From: a virus
Taxonomy: Duplodnaviria; Caudoviricetes
Length of the DNA stretch: 64,000 nucleotides
Direction: 5' to 3' (one strand)
IMG/VR virus record: IMGVR_UViG_3300010355_000588
Positions 1 through 11,145 of the stretch are shown in pieces (the first letter of the stretch is position 1; the number at the start of each line of letters is the position of its first letter). Made by a program: the position numbers and the translations under genes. The notes under the pieces are model-generated. The model was given only the letters and a program-made list of their open reading frames with translations. It was not told the DNA's origin and ran no database searches.

Positions 1-1
1 T

Positions 2-1198
2 AACATTTGCAAACGAGCTCTGAATTAAAATATTCGCCATTGTATTCGACTTTCCAGAACCCAAAACGTAACATGCTGTTATGATTGGCATAATACTAGA
101 TGTGATTTGTATAGCACCTGCTATGCCAGTGGTGTCAGCAACTTGTACCTTCATATATTGTACTCGTGGTCTATCACAGTCTACGATATATATAAATGAA
201 CCACTACCAGAAAAGTTTAGAAACACTGCTTTGGTCGTTGAAAGAGTGTTATCAGCTGTATTTCCCCTTATGAATAATAGGCCATTTTTAAAGCCTTGAA
301 AAATAAGTCTAGCATTTAAATTGTATGTTCCATCAGCAAACTGAAATGTCAGAGATTGACCATTTAAATTCTTTGGCTGCGAGTTGATTATTTTTTGAAT
401 GTCTGCAGCAGACATTGAACTGTCTAAATTTACAGTTTTAGCTGCTGTAAGGTTTTCAATAAGCATACAATCAGCATTATTAATAATATTATCAGTAGAT
501 CCTATCATCGGACTGCTCGAAATACCTAAAATTCCATTATTAATAACTTTAGCGCCAGTTGTTGGAAGTGTACCAGTCGTATTACAATTAGATATTCTAC
601 CAACACCACCTGATATATATACACCCTCAGTCATATTTGAAAAATAACAATTGTCGATCCTATGCCCAGCTCCTCTAAATATTTGTATGCCATAGCTTGT
701 ACTATTAGATTTGCCAGAACCTAAACAATAGCAATAATTAGGACTTTGGTACGAATTAGTAGAATATCTTATGCATGCAGCATTACTTGAATCAGAACAA
801 GATATTTTTAAATAATATGTATAAATGGTTGCTGTACACCAACTAAAATCAAGAACAGGGCTTCCCGATATCGATGAACCATTTAAAAATACCGCTTTAG
901 TAGTTGATAGTGTATTATCTCCTTCATTGCCTTGAACAATAAGGAATCCATTTAAAAAACCATAAAAATCTAAAGACGAATCTATGGTATATTCACCATC
1001 GGCAAACTGGAAAGTTAGGATATATCCATTCAAATCTTTAGGCTGCTGATTTATCAGTGCTTGAATCTCAGAAGCAGTCATTGAATTATTGAGGTTAACT
1101 GTCGTATTTTCTGTTAGTTTTGAAGCTACCGACAAACCGGTATCTGGATCATATACGTTTATGCTACTTGCTTGAAGATTTCCAAATTTGTAGGCCAT
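2..1198 (-). CDS. Tailspike/fibre-like protein with tandem beta-helix-like repeat units (5' part; runs off the left edge)
   Basis: Absent from the ORF track; hand-translated from ATG at 1198 (MAYKFGNLQASSINVYDPDTG...), fully to about nt 600 and spot-checked below that. Two copies of a unit (TVNLNNSMTASEIQALINQQPKDLNGYILTFQFADG / TVNLDSSMSAADIQKIINSQPKNLNGQSLTFQFADG), each followed by Asn/Gly/Cys-rich strands like a pectin-lyase helix. Confidence 0.7.
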   Translation of the reverse strand, partial: MAYKFGNLQASSINVYDPDTGLSVASKLTENTTVNLNNSMTASEIQALINQQPKDLNGYILTFQFADGEYTIDSSLDFYGFLNGFLIVQGNEGDNTLSTTKAVFLNGSSISGSPVLDFSWCTATIYTYYLKISCSDSSNAACIRYSTNSYQSPNYCYCLGSGKSNSTSYGIQIFRGAGHRIDNCYFSNMTEGVYISGGVGRISNCNTTGTLPTTGAKVINNGILGISSSPMIGSTDNIINNADCMLIENLTAAKTVNLDSSMSAADIQKIINSQPKNLNGQSLTFQFADGTYNLNARLIFQGFKNGLLFIRGNTADNTLSTTKAVFLNFSGSGSFIYIVDCDRPRVQYMKVQVADTTGIAGAIQITSSIMPIITACYVLGSGKSNTMANILIQSSFANV

Positions 1199-1209
1199 TT
1201 ATCTATTCC

Positions 1210-3236
1210 TTATTTCTGTATTATCAGATGATATGTGTCAGCTGACGTCGGCTTATCCAATCCATCAAAGTCAAACCTAGCAGAGACATTACTTGCGAAT
1301 GGATCCACTTGTCCTGGCAGATATGTATTGCCACTTACGTCGAAGAATCTATACATGATATAGTGATCGTTCAATCCATGGTTCACTACAAGTTCGTCGC
1401 TATCCCAAGTTATGTTAGATCCACCGAGATCATCAAAACTTCCAACGAACTTATAATTGTCGAGATATGCAAGCGACTTCTGAACAGTATCTGCCGACGT
1501 TGGAATATTCTCGAAGTCAGAGGTATCGACTGCCACCTGAGAAGCATTTACGCTTGTCAGAAATGCTCCAGCTTGAGATATGGTCAACGCCCGACTTCCA
1601 GTGAGCGATCGTGTCTGTTCTATCTGCCAGTTTCCACCAACATATGAAATGATTATCTGAGCTATGAATACGAACTCGGGCGACAAGGTCAGAAGTTCTC
1701 CGACGTTCAGATCGAGTGGACTCAAAGCTTGTTGAGAAGCGAGATTGCCAACCGATTGCCCTGGCATGAACAGGAATCTATGTTTCTTAGATTTGGCATC
1801 AGAGGTAGCTTCTAAAGCAATAACCCAGACACTCATGCGCTGATTGTTTGTCATGGTAGTCAACTGCCAGCTATTGCCAACAAATTGGTTCCATTGTGGA
1901 ATTCCACCGTTCAATGACACTATTTCAGTTTGGTCAGTCAAGAAGTTCGCTGTATTAGTAGATGTCAGCCAGAATCTAGTATATTGGTTTCTAACTGCCA
2001 ATGCTTGAAGAGTAGCTGGGTTGTCTTCGTCGAAGATTCTACACTGGGTAACTAATGGTCGTCTATTGTTTGCAGTAGTGGAATTGAGAACGAATCCGGA
2101 CAAATCGCCACCAGAATCTCTAAAGGTTCCAATCTTCTTGTGTAGAACTTCATGTGTCTGCCATGGCATGAACCCGTGAATTTCTTTCTGAGCAAGCAGA
2201 AAGCCCCAGTGGATTTGTAGCAGACATAAGCGATCTGGGCCTCATAGAAGTTCCAGGGATCGGTTGACCATTCGAACTGATTGGCATTATATTTTAAGAA
2301 TAATGGAGCAGTTGGAGATTCGTCATGCGGATCAGAGGTCCAAGTAGTTCCAGAGGTTTCTGGAACCAACTTACCATGATAATATAGATCGATGTTGCCA
2401 GAAATAGTTATAGTTCTAGCTAATTCGTCGTAAATGACATCTACTTGTTCTGGATATTCGAATCCAGTGAACTCATGGGTGATGTCTCCATTACTGTCGA
2501 AGGTTCCACTAAGTTCAATTACTGCGTCAACTACTTCATCATGGTTAGCAGCTGTCTGTATGTTGACGAAAATTATGCCATGATTTTTGTTTTCATATAA
2601 ACAATATCCAATTTTTATGGCCTTATTTGGAAAAGTTGGCCGAACATTAATGAACTTTCCAGCTTCGGTCGATAGCCATAATTCGTCGCCGGCTGTAATT
2701 CCATCAGTATCCACATCACGAACTAAACCAAAAGAAGTAACATATCCAATTTTATCGTTATCTATATCGTGAGTAGCTATCCCTATTGTCTTTTCAGCGC
2801 ATTCTACTAATGAACCACAATCAATTTTTTCAATAGTTGGTCTATTTCCATGGGCGCCATTTATATAGACAACGTCTCCATTTGATATGTCTACTCCAGA
2901 TCTATTGTCAACTCGAATCCAATTTTCTTGTCCAATTTGAAGCGATACGCCAGAAATATCTGGATATATTGAAAGGGTTTTGTCGGAAGCATCATAGAAC
3001 ACACAGCCTTCTTGATATTCTGGTTGTCCGTTGACTTCAAAATATATTCCATGGGTGTGTATGGCAGACAACGGAGTTGCTTCAGAACCAATAACAACTC
3101 CACTTATAGAAGGAATTATATTGCCATAAAGCTGATCAGTTCCAGACAATGGTAGATATTTAGAATTTGTGATATCCTGATGGTCATGGCTAATTGGCTT
3201 CCCGAGGAAGACGTCGAAAGTAGGCGCAAGAGACAT
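1210..3236 (-). pseudogene. Fibre-associated structural protein split by a frameshift (ORFs 2052..3236 and 1210..2169)
   Basis: The ORFs overlap in different frames. The -1 frame reads FLLAQKEIHGFMPWQTH continuously into the downstream ORF, whose ATG lacks an RBS. The N-terminal YLPLSGTDQLYGNIIP matches repeats in the 699-aa fibre. Confidence 0.55.
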
Positions 3237-3246
3237 TAGCTACCTC

Positions 3247-3651
3247 CTAGTAGTTGTAAGTTAATCCAGATAGAGGCGGAGTAGCTACTTGATTAAATTG
3301 AGCATTGCTTGCCCATTGTCTTGAACCACTTGGGAGAATCTTTTGGATCTGCCACTTCGCTTCAGCCAATCCGGTTCCTGGTGGAGCAAAGGCCATGTAG
3401 TAATTAGATCCATCGGTTTCTACTATCCTAGAATAGATATCGTAGACGTTGGTTGAATCGACGTTGATATCTCCAGACAATTCTATAGGAGTAGCGTTGA
3501 CCTGATAGGTAAGCATGGCGAACTTGGCAGAGACCTCTCCAACGTTGGCGTCGAGACCTTCTTGACCGAGAACCTCCTGAATGTCAGCATCGTTAAGATG
3601 CATCCATCCTTTGGTTTCAGCTATTCCAGAATGTGCGTTTGGGTTGTACAT
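3247..3651 (-). CDS. Small virion/fibre-associated protein
   Basis: 134-aa ORF with a GAGGA RBS in a tightly packed fibre operon. C-terminal APPG...WQIQKI...WA motif typical of phage fibre accessory proteins. Confidence 0.6.
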   Translation of the reverse strand: MYNPNAHSGIAETKGWMHLNDADIQEVLGQEGLDANVGEVSAKFAMLTYQVNATPIELSGDINVDSTNVYDIYSRIVETDGSNYYMAFAPPGTGLAEAKWQIQKILPSGSRQWASNAQFNQVATPPLSGLTYNY

Positions 3652-3678
3652 TTAGAGTTCCTCTAGTTAATCGATTCA

Positions 3679-5778
3679 TTAGGTGACATTCCAGGTTCCG
3701 GCATCGCTGGTTCCATACCATTCAGAGGTATTTATGGCGTATATAGATAAAATAGAACCAACAGTGGTAGATTCTACATTTCCATCAGCCGCTGATTCTG
3801 TTCCAGCTATTCTAATGGTATTTCCATTTGTAGCATTTATCTGGAGTCCATTGGCATCCTGACAGATAAATTTGAAGTTCAATCCAGGAACTGCAGAAGG
3901 CAATTCGAACCAGACCACTGACGATGCACCTTCGTTGGTGAATATAGACCCTGAATCGATAGAAGTTAGAACCCGTGGATCGCCAGAAAGTGAGACAACT
4001 TCTTCTACGTTAGATAATCCATTCAATGGTGTCCAAAGAGAGAAGTCAGCTGATGGCAGATCAGGATCGTTGTCAGTCACTGTAATAGCTTGTCGGAAGA
4101 AGATCTTTCCAGATAGTTCCGGATGACCAGTCATGGCCAACTGAATGATATGGTCTGCTGATAGATTATCGAGGTCTGTCTCTCTATATAAGAAATTGAG
4201 CACATTGAATTTAGCTAACCATCCACCACTGAGAACATCAGCAGATAATTGGTACATTCCAGTTTCTAATCTAGCAAAGTCAAGTTCGTCTATTGGCTGA
4301 TATGGATTGTCGATGGCTGACACTTCAGTTTCTAAGACGTTATTTCTTAGATATTTGATGTTTCCTAAGGAGAATCCTATTTTATCGCCTGGGGTCAATG
4401 CGAAGTCAGTTGAGAAATCCATTCCAGAGGCCGGCGAAATGGACGCTCCGTTGTTGAAGATATTTTCATAGTCTCTATTATAGAAGTCTGAGCTCAACGT
4501 GTTTATGGTTCCTGTGACCGATCCATATCCAGTGAGAAATAGATCAGCCCAGGTGTTTGTCGAATCACCTAAGGTATTTCCAGTGACGTCGAAAGGTCTG
4601 AGATTGCCAGATACTAGATTGGATCCATCAGCCTTGACAAAATCATCAGCATCATAATCTCCAACCTGAGAGGAGAGCGACGCCATTTGACTTTCTAAAT
4701 CGAATATTGAGTTCCCATGGCCAGAAACGTCAGCCTTTAGAATTTCAACATCAGCGCTTAGCAGATCGACTTCGAGGGCAATCTGACTGATTCCAGATAC
4801 GTCGATTAGATCTATAGCTGCTGAAAGGGAATCGAATTTGGAATCGAGATCAGCAGATAGGGTTTGAGCACTGGTTTCCAAGAGTTGAATGAGTGCGAAG
4901 TTCATGTCAGCAATAGCTGAAACGCTATCTATATAAGTGGTTAGATCCCCAGAAACAGTATCTACCTTCAGATCAAGCGTATCGATGAATCCAGAAAGAT
5001 TGATGATGTCTTGACCATATGTAGCAGTATCTGCTGATAGATACCCAACCTGTGCAGATAGAACCCCTATATTAATGGAGTTCATCGATATAGATCCGGC
5101 AAGTGATGTTATGTCTGAATCAAGGGTGTTTAGCTTTCCAGATACGCTGCCAAAGTTACTGATATATAGATCGCCCCAACGTCTTGAATTAGTTCCAAGA
5201 GTATGGGTGTCAGTTACATTTGGAGTAAGCTCTCCATATATGGTGTCTGTTCTAGATAGCGGAATGTAGCTTGAAATGGATCCACCTATTCCAGCAACCA
5301 TTATTTCAAGGGCGTCCAAATTTCCGGATACAATACCTAGTCTTCCGTCGATATCCGATATGTCCGCCTGGGCGATTGACATGTCTGATTCAAGATCAGA
5401 TATGTCTGAAGCGTTGGCTGAGACGCTCGATTCTATAGAAGTTATCTTAGTTTTGAGCGAATATCCAGACACATAGATATCTCTAAAAGTTCTAGAAATA
5501 GATCCAAGGTCGAGGGTGTTGGTGACAGCTGGAATAATATTTCCAGTTAGCTCAGTGGTTCCAGATAGAGGCAAGAAATCTGCAAAATATCCTTCGAGCA
5601 CTCCATCCTGAAGCTGAAGAGAAGCAACGTCTCCAGACAGAGTAGATATGTCCAATCCATGCTGATCTAAATAGTCTTTTATAGAAGCCAGTGAGGTGAC
5701 TGGAATATCCTGGGCTCGGAGAACGTCGTTTGTATTGGCCCAAGTGAGTTCGACAAATCTTCTAGATATTTTAGACAT
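3679..5778 (-). CDS. Long coiled-coil tail fibre/whisker-like protein
   Basis: 699 aa of acidic heptad segments interrupted by GNIIP..TLDLGS..R.F.DIY-type knob repeats. Late-promoter motif at 5807-5814. Confidence 0.7.
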   Translation of the reverse strand: MSKISRRFVELTWANTNDVLRAQDIPVTSLASIKDYLDQHGLDISTLSGDVASLQLQDGVLEGYFADFLPLSGTTELTGNIIPAVTNTLDLGSISRTFRDIYVSGYSLKTKITSIESSVSANASDISDLESDMSIAQADISDIDGRLGIVSGNLDALEIMVAGIGGSISSYIPLSRTDTIYGELTPNVTDTHTLGTNSRRWGDLYISNFGSVSGKLNTLDSDITSLAGSISMNSINIGVLSAQVGYLSADTATYGQDIINLSGFIDTLDLKVDTVSGDLTTYIDSVSAIADMNFALIQLLETSAQTLSADLDSKFDSLSAAIDLIDVSGISQIALEVDLLSADVEILKADVSGHGNSIFDLESQMASLSSQVGDYDADDFVKADGSNLVSGNLRPFDVTGNTLGDSTNTWADLFLTGYGSVTGTINTLSSDFYNRDYENIFNNGASISPASGMDFSTDFALTPGDKIGFSLGNIKYLRNNVLETEVSAIDNPYQPIDELDFARLETGMYQLSADVLSGGWLAKFNVLNFLYRETDLDNLSADHIIQLAMTGHPELSGKIFFRQAITVTDNDPDLPSADFSLWTPLNGLSNVEEVVSLSGDPRVLTSIDSGSIFTNEGASSVVWFELPSAVPGLNFKFICQDANGLQINATNGNTIRIAGTESAADGNVESTTVGSILSIYAINTSEWYGTSDAGTWNVT

Positions 5779-5836
5779 AGCGTTCCAATTGTTTCATGGT
5801 TTAGTTTATTTATCTCAACCTTCTAGAAAAGATAGA

Positions 5837-8800
5837 TCATGGGGTGTTGGCGAGATTTGGATGATCTATATCAGCCATTAGAATAGCCCAACCGGTTTCA
5901 GATCTTGATCTTACGCTAAAGAAGAAATATTTGTTGGTGACATAATCAGCATATGGCGAAGGAATAACGAGAGTTCCTCTGATGACCATTCCTCGATTTC
6001 TATCAGTGTTTAGTCTAATATATAATAGATCAGTCTTGGCGCCAAGCAAGGTTCCATATGAGATTTTCATGCCGTCTTCTTCAATAGCACCTGGATTTAT
6101 ATTCCGCATGATTAGACAGAATTTCACATATAACTTATGGATAGAAGCTTCAGGTATCAAGTTCGAACCAGCCCCTTGAAATAGACCGCCTATATTTCTC
6201 ATATTTCTAGAATCAGTATAATCTGTCTTAGATCTAACTGCTGATATATCGGCAGTATAATCACAATAATGCTCTCTATAAGCGTCTGGGTTGGGAGTAC
6301 CATCCATACCATCGACGTGTCCAGATCCTCTTATTTCAGTATCAAAATACGGTATGGAGATCATAGGTCCATAATTGACATAATCCCAAACAGTTGGATG
6401 TAGATTCGGCGGAACACCACTATCTATAGAAGCATATTTGCAATCTTCCAAATAGCAAGATAGATAAAGATTTTCCTGTATTGAATTGCCGCCACTCAGG
6501 TGAGTAATGCCAGCAAATGTGTCGCCTGGAGCATCTATCCAATCAGTATTTCCACCAGTTGAAGAAGAAATATATAAGCTATTGCTAGGGGTAAGCGTGT
6601 TCTGACGTAGATGGCCTCTGAGAGTTTCTCCTCGATACCACGTCCTAGAATAAGCATAGACATTTGAATTTTCTTGAGTATTATTCTGAAAAGTGGTGGT
6701 TGGATTATTGACGTTAGCTACCCCTGGCACATATGGGGGGTTAGCTGCATAAGTACTGTCTCTCCATGCTATAAATTGAGAAGCTGGAAACTGAGAGTTT
6801 TGCCATCTATCTCTCGGAGAAGCAAGCGCACTTGAATAAGATATTGGATTTAAAGTTCCAACTACCGCGTTGTTCTTACCACCCTGTCCATCATAGACAC
6901 TCAATATATATGTTTTATATATTTTTAAGAATCTATATCTAACTGTAAAATCCTTTATATTGGAAACAGTTAGCGAAACATTTGCCAAAGCTACTCCAGA
7001 ACTAGATGCATATCCATATGTATCTACCCAGGTACCAGCGCCACCAGTATTCCAAGAAGGTTCGTCAAATGCTGTATCACTTGATTCTATTGGAGTGATT
7101 ATCTTTCTTCCAATATACTTATTTCTAGCTGAAAAATCAACATAATCAACAAATGGAGGCGTATTATCAATATTGACTTCTCTATATGCATAAACTGGAT
7201 CAAATAATACAGTGTCGCCAAGTGTCATTCTCACAGCGCCTCGCATAATATATCTAACTATAGTATTTGAAGCAAAGGACAAACTAGAAGCAGATGAGTT
7301 AGTTATTGAATAGAAAGAAGAACCCACTTTAAGCGAATCGAAATAATATGGTCTGATCGTGCAGGTAGGAACTTCTGTGCTAAAATCAATATTTAATATT
7401 CCAGCTCCAGTCATTAGCGCATTTGACGTATCTATCCAAGCATCTCTAAGAGTAGCTAAATTTCCCCAAGGGACTGCGGTTGGCGTAAATGGAACAGAGG
7501 TTGAGCTAAAAGCATAACGAGTTCTTTGAATGATGTCGGCTACTCCCCAAGCAGCTCCAGGACCAGTTGATTGTCTTTGATTTCCAGATTGTATCGAATC
7601 CGTCGCTGCTCCATCGAAAGGCCAGAACTCAACTATTTCATCGATCTTATATGCTATTCTGAAATTAGCAGTGACAGTAACTGCAGCTGCCGGCATAGAA
7701 AAGGTTGGGGTTTGACTGGTAGATCCATCTGGTGGGTTTACAGTAGCTGTCCATCCGGTAAAATAATATCTATACCCACCATATGTCAGATATTTGTTAG
7801 AGGCGTTATATGGTTCCAGAAAATTGGTGGTTGATCCTGGATCGGAATTCAAAGCAGCTGATAATTTTAGAGCCACTGTCGTTCCATCTTGAATAGTAGC
7901 TACAGTAGCTGTTCCATTTATAGCAACTATTCCGGACGGAGGTACACAATTGGCAGAATCTATCACAGCCGGAATAGCGGGAGACATTCCAACTGGATTG
8001 AAGGTAGCTATATTGGATAATTTGGTTTGTACTGTCAATAGATATCCAACCAATCTATAGACAGCAGTTACTGTTTTATTGCCTGGATCTTCATCGTCAT
8101 TTCTAACGTTGAATTGGCAGGTTGTTGAATAGGCGCTGGAAGAACCAAACGTCAGACCTGCGACAGATTGCCAGTAGTCAAATACATAAGTGCTCGACGT
8201 ATGGTATTCGTCTGCTATGGTTTGAACCGTCTCTCCATATCCAAGATATATTTGGCTATAGACAGTAGACTTACCAACTGGTCTAATTTCCACATGGCCA
8301 GGTGACACACCAGTAGCCGCTGCATATTGTCCAGAATTTACTGCCAATCTATAGTAGCGTCTTGCGATGACTCCTGGATAATAAGTGCCTGTTATATCTG
8401 GAACCACAAAAGTATGAGCAACTACGTCAGTGGATTTAGTTGCTTCATTGGTTATGGACACTGCAGTTGGCGACGATATGACACCCCACTGAAGCTCGTA
8501 ATAATATCTTCCAGAACTTATGGTAGCATACCGATAGTTCTTTCTGAAGGAATCAGAACTCGAAACGCTAAATCCAGTTTTTCTATCGTTATCAGTTGAG
8601 AATACAGAATTCAGAGTGAGGGTTAAGTTGCTGCCAACCTTTGCATAATATGTAGAACCCAATAGGAACCAGTCGCCACTGATAGCATATGGAATAGTTC
8701 CTGTAGTGATTCTTCTACCAAGTTCTGTTGGAGCATGATGTTTTTCGATTATGGTATATGGATCGAACACTACATATTTGTCATAAATGACTTCAATTTC

Positions 8801-9145
8801 TGAATCAACATTTCCCATCGTGACAGTAGTGGTTCTTGAAGAATTAGGAATGCCAGCAGGCGCTAGTGGAGAAATGGTGCAGTCACTAGCCTCGCTTGTG
8901 GTTAACACGCTTCTGTCAGTGAAGTCATTTCTTCGCCAAGTATTGAAAATAGCAGTTGGATATCTATTGTCAGATACCACCCTAACCGTCTGTCCAGCAT
9001 ATAGATATGCTCTATAGACATTCTTGCCATCAACTACGTCAGCTGTCACATCGATGGTCGCACCGGATGTAGAATATATCTTACCCCAGATAGATATGAG
9101 TTCTACCCGCTTTGGATTTTTCTGTTGCCTACTGTCTAAAAACAT
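5837..9145 (-). CDS. Large adhesin-like virion protein with InlB-B/Flg_new-like beta repeats
   Basis: 1102 aa, S/T/Y-rich. Contains YVFDYWQS...TVTAVY and YYFTGWT...FSMPAAAVTVTANF repeats. Confidence 0.55.
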   Translation of the reverse strand: MFLDSRQQKNPKRVELISIWGKIYSTSGATIDVTADVVDGKNVYRAYLYAGQTVRVVSDNRYPTAIFNTWRRNDFTDRSVLTTSEASDCTISPLAPAGIPNSSRTTTVTMGNVDSEIEVIYDKYVVFDPYTIIEKHHAPTELGRRITTGTIPYAISGDWFLLGSTYYAKVGSNLTLTLNSVFSTDNDRKTGFSVSSSDSFRKNYRYATISSGRYYYELQWGVISSPTAVSITNEATKSTDVVAHTFVVPDITGTYYPGVIARRYYRLAVNSGQYAAATGVSPGHVEIRPVGKSTVYSQIYLGYGETVQTIADEYHTSSTYVFDYWQSVAGLTFGSSSAYSTTCQFNVRNDDEDPGNKTVTAVYRLVGYLLTVQTKLSNIATFNPVGMSPAIPAVIDSANCVPPSGIVAINGTATVATIQDGTTVALKLSAALNSDPGSTTNFLEPYNASNKYLTYGGYRYYFTGWTATVNPPDGSTSQTPTFSMPAAAVTVTANFRIAYKIDEIVEFWPFDGAATDSIQSGNQRQSTGPGAAWGVADIIQRTRYAFSSTSVPFTPTAVPWGNLATLRDAWIDTSNALMTGAGILNIDFSTEVPTCTIRPYYFDSLKVGSSFYSITNSSASSLSFASNTIVRYIMRGAVRMTLGDTVLFDPVYAYREVNIDNTPPFVDYVDFSARNKYIGRKIITPIESSDTAFDEPSWNTGGAGTWVDTYGYASSSGVALANVSLTVSNIKDFTVRYRFLKIYKTYILSVYDGQGGKNNAVVGTLNPISYSSALASPRDRWQNSQFPASQFIAWRDSTYAANPPYVPGVANVNNPTTTFQNNTQENSNVYAYSRTWYRGETLRGHLRQNTLTPSNSLYISSSTGGNTDWIDAPGDTFAGITHLSGGNSIQENLYLSCYLEDCKYASIDSGVPPNLHPTVWDYVNYGPMISIPYFDTEIRGSGHVDGMDGTPNPDAYREHYCDYTADISAVRSKTDYTDSRNMRNIGGLFQGAGSNLIPEASIHKLYVKFCLIMRNINPGAIEEDGMKISYGTLLGAKTDLLYIRLNTDRNRGMVIRGTLVIPSPYADYVTNKYFFFSVRSRSETGWAILMADIDHPNLANTP

Positions 9146-9168
9146 TTAGATTCCTATCCAAGTGGCTT

Positions 9169-9513
9169 TTACTTTTTGAAGTTGGGATTTTCTTCGTTGT
9201 CTACTAAATCAAAAAATACATTAGAAATACCATTTGCTGCAGTATTTTTCTTTGCATTTTGAATGTTCTTAACTAAATCTTCTATTGTGCGCGGTTTTGT
9301 ATTGATTTTTTTCCTTCCCCTCTCATTTTGATAAGATTCGCCTGCTTTTAGGGTATTTGAATAATATTCAATAAGCTCTGGCAAAGTTCCAGATTTAAAA
9401 GAAAACTTACCATTGCTTCTTATTTGTTTGATTGTATAAATTTTAGTAGAATCTTCTTTTATACAATCAGCCGATTCTTTAATAATCTTTTCAACCAACT
9501 GTTCAAATTTCAT
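9169..9513 (-). CDS. Putative internal head protein (MKF leader)
   Basis: 114 aa; N-terminus MKFEQLVEKIIKE-S followed by a basic domain. Confidence 0.55.
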   Translation of the reverse strand: MKFEQLVEKIIKESADCIKEDSTKIYTIKQIRSNGKFSFKSGTLPELIEYYSNTLKAGESYQNERGRKKINTKPRTIEDLVKNIQNAKKNTAANGISNVFFDLVDNEENPNFKK

Positions 9514-9523
9514 TTTTATTCCC

Positions 9524-10861
9524 TTATGTTAGTGTTTCGCCTAGAATCTCGAACTTCAGAGTAACTAGCAGATTCTTGAAATTTATAGAAGCTGAAGTAT
9601 TATTCACTATTGCTATTCTATCGCCTTCGATAAAAACCCTATCTGCCGGTGTTGGGACACCACTTAGAATATCACCACTATATTGTGTTGGGGTGTCACT
9701 TGCTGATCTCGATAATGTACATATCAAATCTTCAGTAACTCCTCTAATTCTATATAAAGAAAATGAATAGCTGGTTCCATTTACTATATTCGACCATATT
9801 CCTTTAGTAGTGGCCGGAGATGCATCAGCATATATCTTGCCTCTAGGCAATCTCCAGAAGAAACTTGTACCCATGACTCCTCGAATCAAATCGCGTTCAG
9901 ATATTGATCCAGAATGTGGTATAGAAGATGATCCATTCCAGTTGTTCTGAAGCAAAAAAGATCCGGTGAAATGGAAATCCCTTTGGACATAACGGCATTC
10001 GTCTGAAAGATTCTTTAAGCGTATCCATTCTTGAGTTTCGCGTATTGCCTTTTCAGAAGGAACTACAAAATTTCTATCAAAGCTAGCAAGACATGAAGTG
10101 TTGTCTTTATTGACAAATAGACCTGATCTCTTTAAAAATCGACCTGCTGTCTTAGTTGAACTATTATATAACACGCATCCACTGGTAGTGGCAAAGTCTG
10201 ACGCATTTGGATCAGTGCGACCAAGATCAAATGCAGCTAACTCCATTTGTGCGGTGCGAGTTTGGGTTTCTTCTGGAGTATCTGGATCATTTGATGGGGC
10301 GCCAGGTCCTCTAACAAAGCCCATATAATCTCTGGTCCATTTCAGAATTCTACGCTCAGAAGGTACAAATAAATCGCTAGTAGACCCGCTCAAGTCTGTC
10401 CAAGACGATGTTAGATTTGTCCAGGCATTAGATGGCGACAGATCTGAAGAATCATCGACATGTTCTCTTGCATATTTCTTGAGGTACATAGCTGAGTCTA
10501 GCGATTTCTTCAGCTTAGTTCTGTCCTGAAGACCGGTAGACACGTCGGTTGGCCAACCGGTCACGTCGCCTTTGAAGATAATGATGCCTCTGTCAGTGGT
10601 ATTCTCTGGAGCATATACCTTCAAATCCAATTCAGCTTCGATAGTACGGACGTCTTCTACAGTAGAATCAGCATCTGGAGAAGGGATCGAGGTCAGATCA
10701 TATTCGATAGTGGGGGCCTTACCACCATAATGAGCAATATCGGTACTACCAGTACCTGGACCATCGCCTTCATATTCAGCATAGGTTATGTCCTTAGCTG
10801 ATAGAAAATCGTTTTCTCTCTTTGGATTGAGTTCTATCCAGCGTCTTTTAGTTCTGCTCAT
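9524..10861 (-). CDS. Virion structural (fibre-type) protein
   Basis: 445 aa. N-terminus resembles that of the 699-aa fibre (RRWIEL..NDFLSAKDI vs RRFVEL..NDVLRAQDI). VPSE+xI+ fibre motifs occur twice. Confidence 0.55.
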   Translation of the reverse strand: MSRTKRRWIELNPKRENDFLSAKDITYAEYEGDGPGTGSTDIAHYGGKAPTIEYDLTSIPSPDADSTVEDVRTIEAELDLKVYAPENTTDRGIIIFKGDVTGWPTDVSTGLQDRTKLKKSLDSAMYLKKYAREHVDDSSDLSPSNAWTNLTSSWTDLSGSTSDLFVPSERRILKWTRDYMGFVRGPGAPSNDPDTPEETQTRTAQMELAAFDLGRTDPNASDFATTSGCVLYNSSTKTAGRFLKRSGLFVNKDNTSCLASFDRNFVVPSEKAIRETQEWIRLKNLSDECRYVQRDFHFTGSFLLQNNWNGSSSIPHSGSISERDLIRGVMGTSFFWRLPRGKIYADASPATTKGIWSNIVNGTSYSFSLYRIRGVTEDLICTLSRSASDTPTQYSGDILSGVPTPADRVFIEGDRIAIVNNTSASINFKNLLVTLKFEILGETLT

Positions 10862-10879
10862 GATGGTTCCTTATCTTTC

Positions 10880-11143
10880 TTAGTACTTTGGATAATTACT
10901 GACCTTTTCAGCAATTTTATTAAGATCGCTTAGAATTTTACGAAACTCATATAATTCTATGCTATTATCAGATTTTACTTGAGCTAGCGTAGAATTAAGC
11001 AATTTGATATTCTTTGTCAAAGAATCTACCATATTAGAAACATCTTTCTTATCTACCTTGAATGTGGTAGAATGGCTAAATGTCATTTCTGAAATATCTT
11101 CCTTATTTCCAATAATAGTAGACACATGTTCTTGAAATTTCAT
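10880..11143 (-). CDS. Putative internal head protein (MKF leader)
   Basis: MKFQEHVSTIIGNKEDISE-M; translationally coupled to the upstream gene. Confidence 0.5.
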   Translation of the reverse strand: MKFQEHVSTIIGNKEDISEMTFSHSTTFKVDKKDVSNMVDSLTKNIKLLNSTLAQVKSDNSIELYEFRKILSDLNKIAEKVSNYPKY

Positions 11144-11145
11144 TA

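Noticed and set aside
398-416. Palindrome AATGTCTGC-A-GCAGACATT, giving MSAADI on both strands
   Set aside because: It lies inside a coding repeat and is not retained in the other repeat copy, so it is probably chance.
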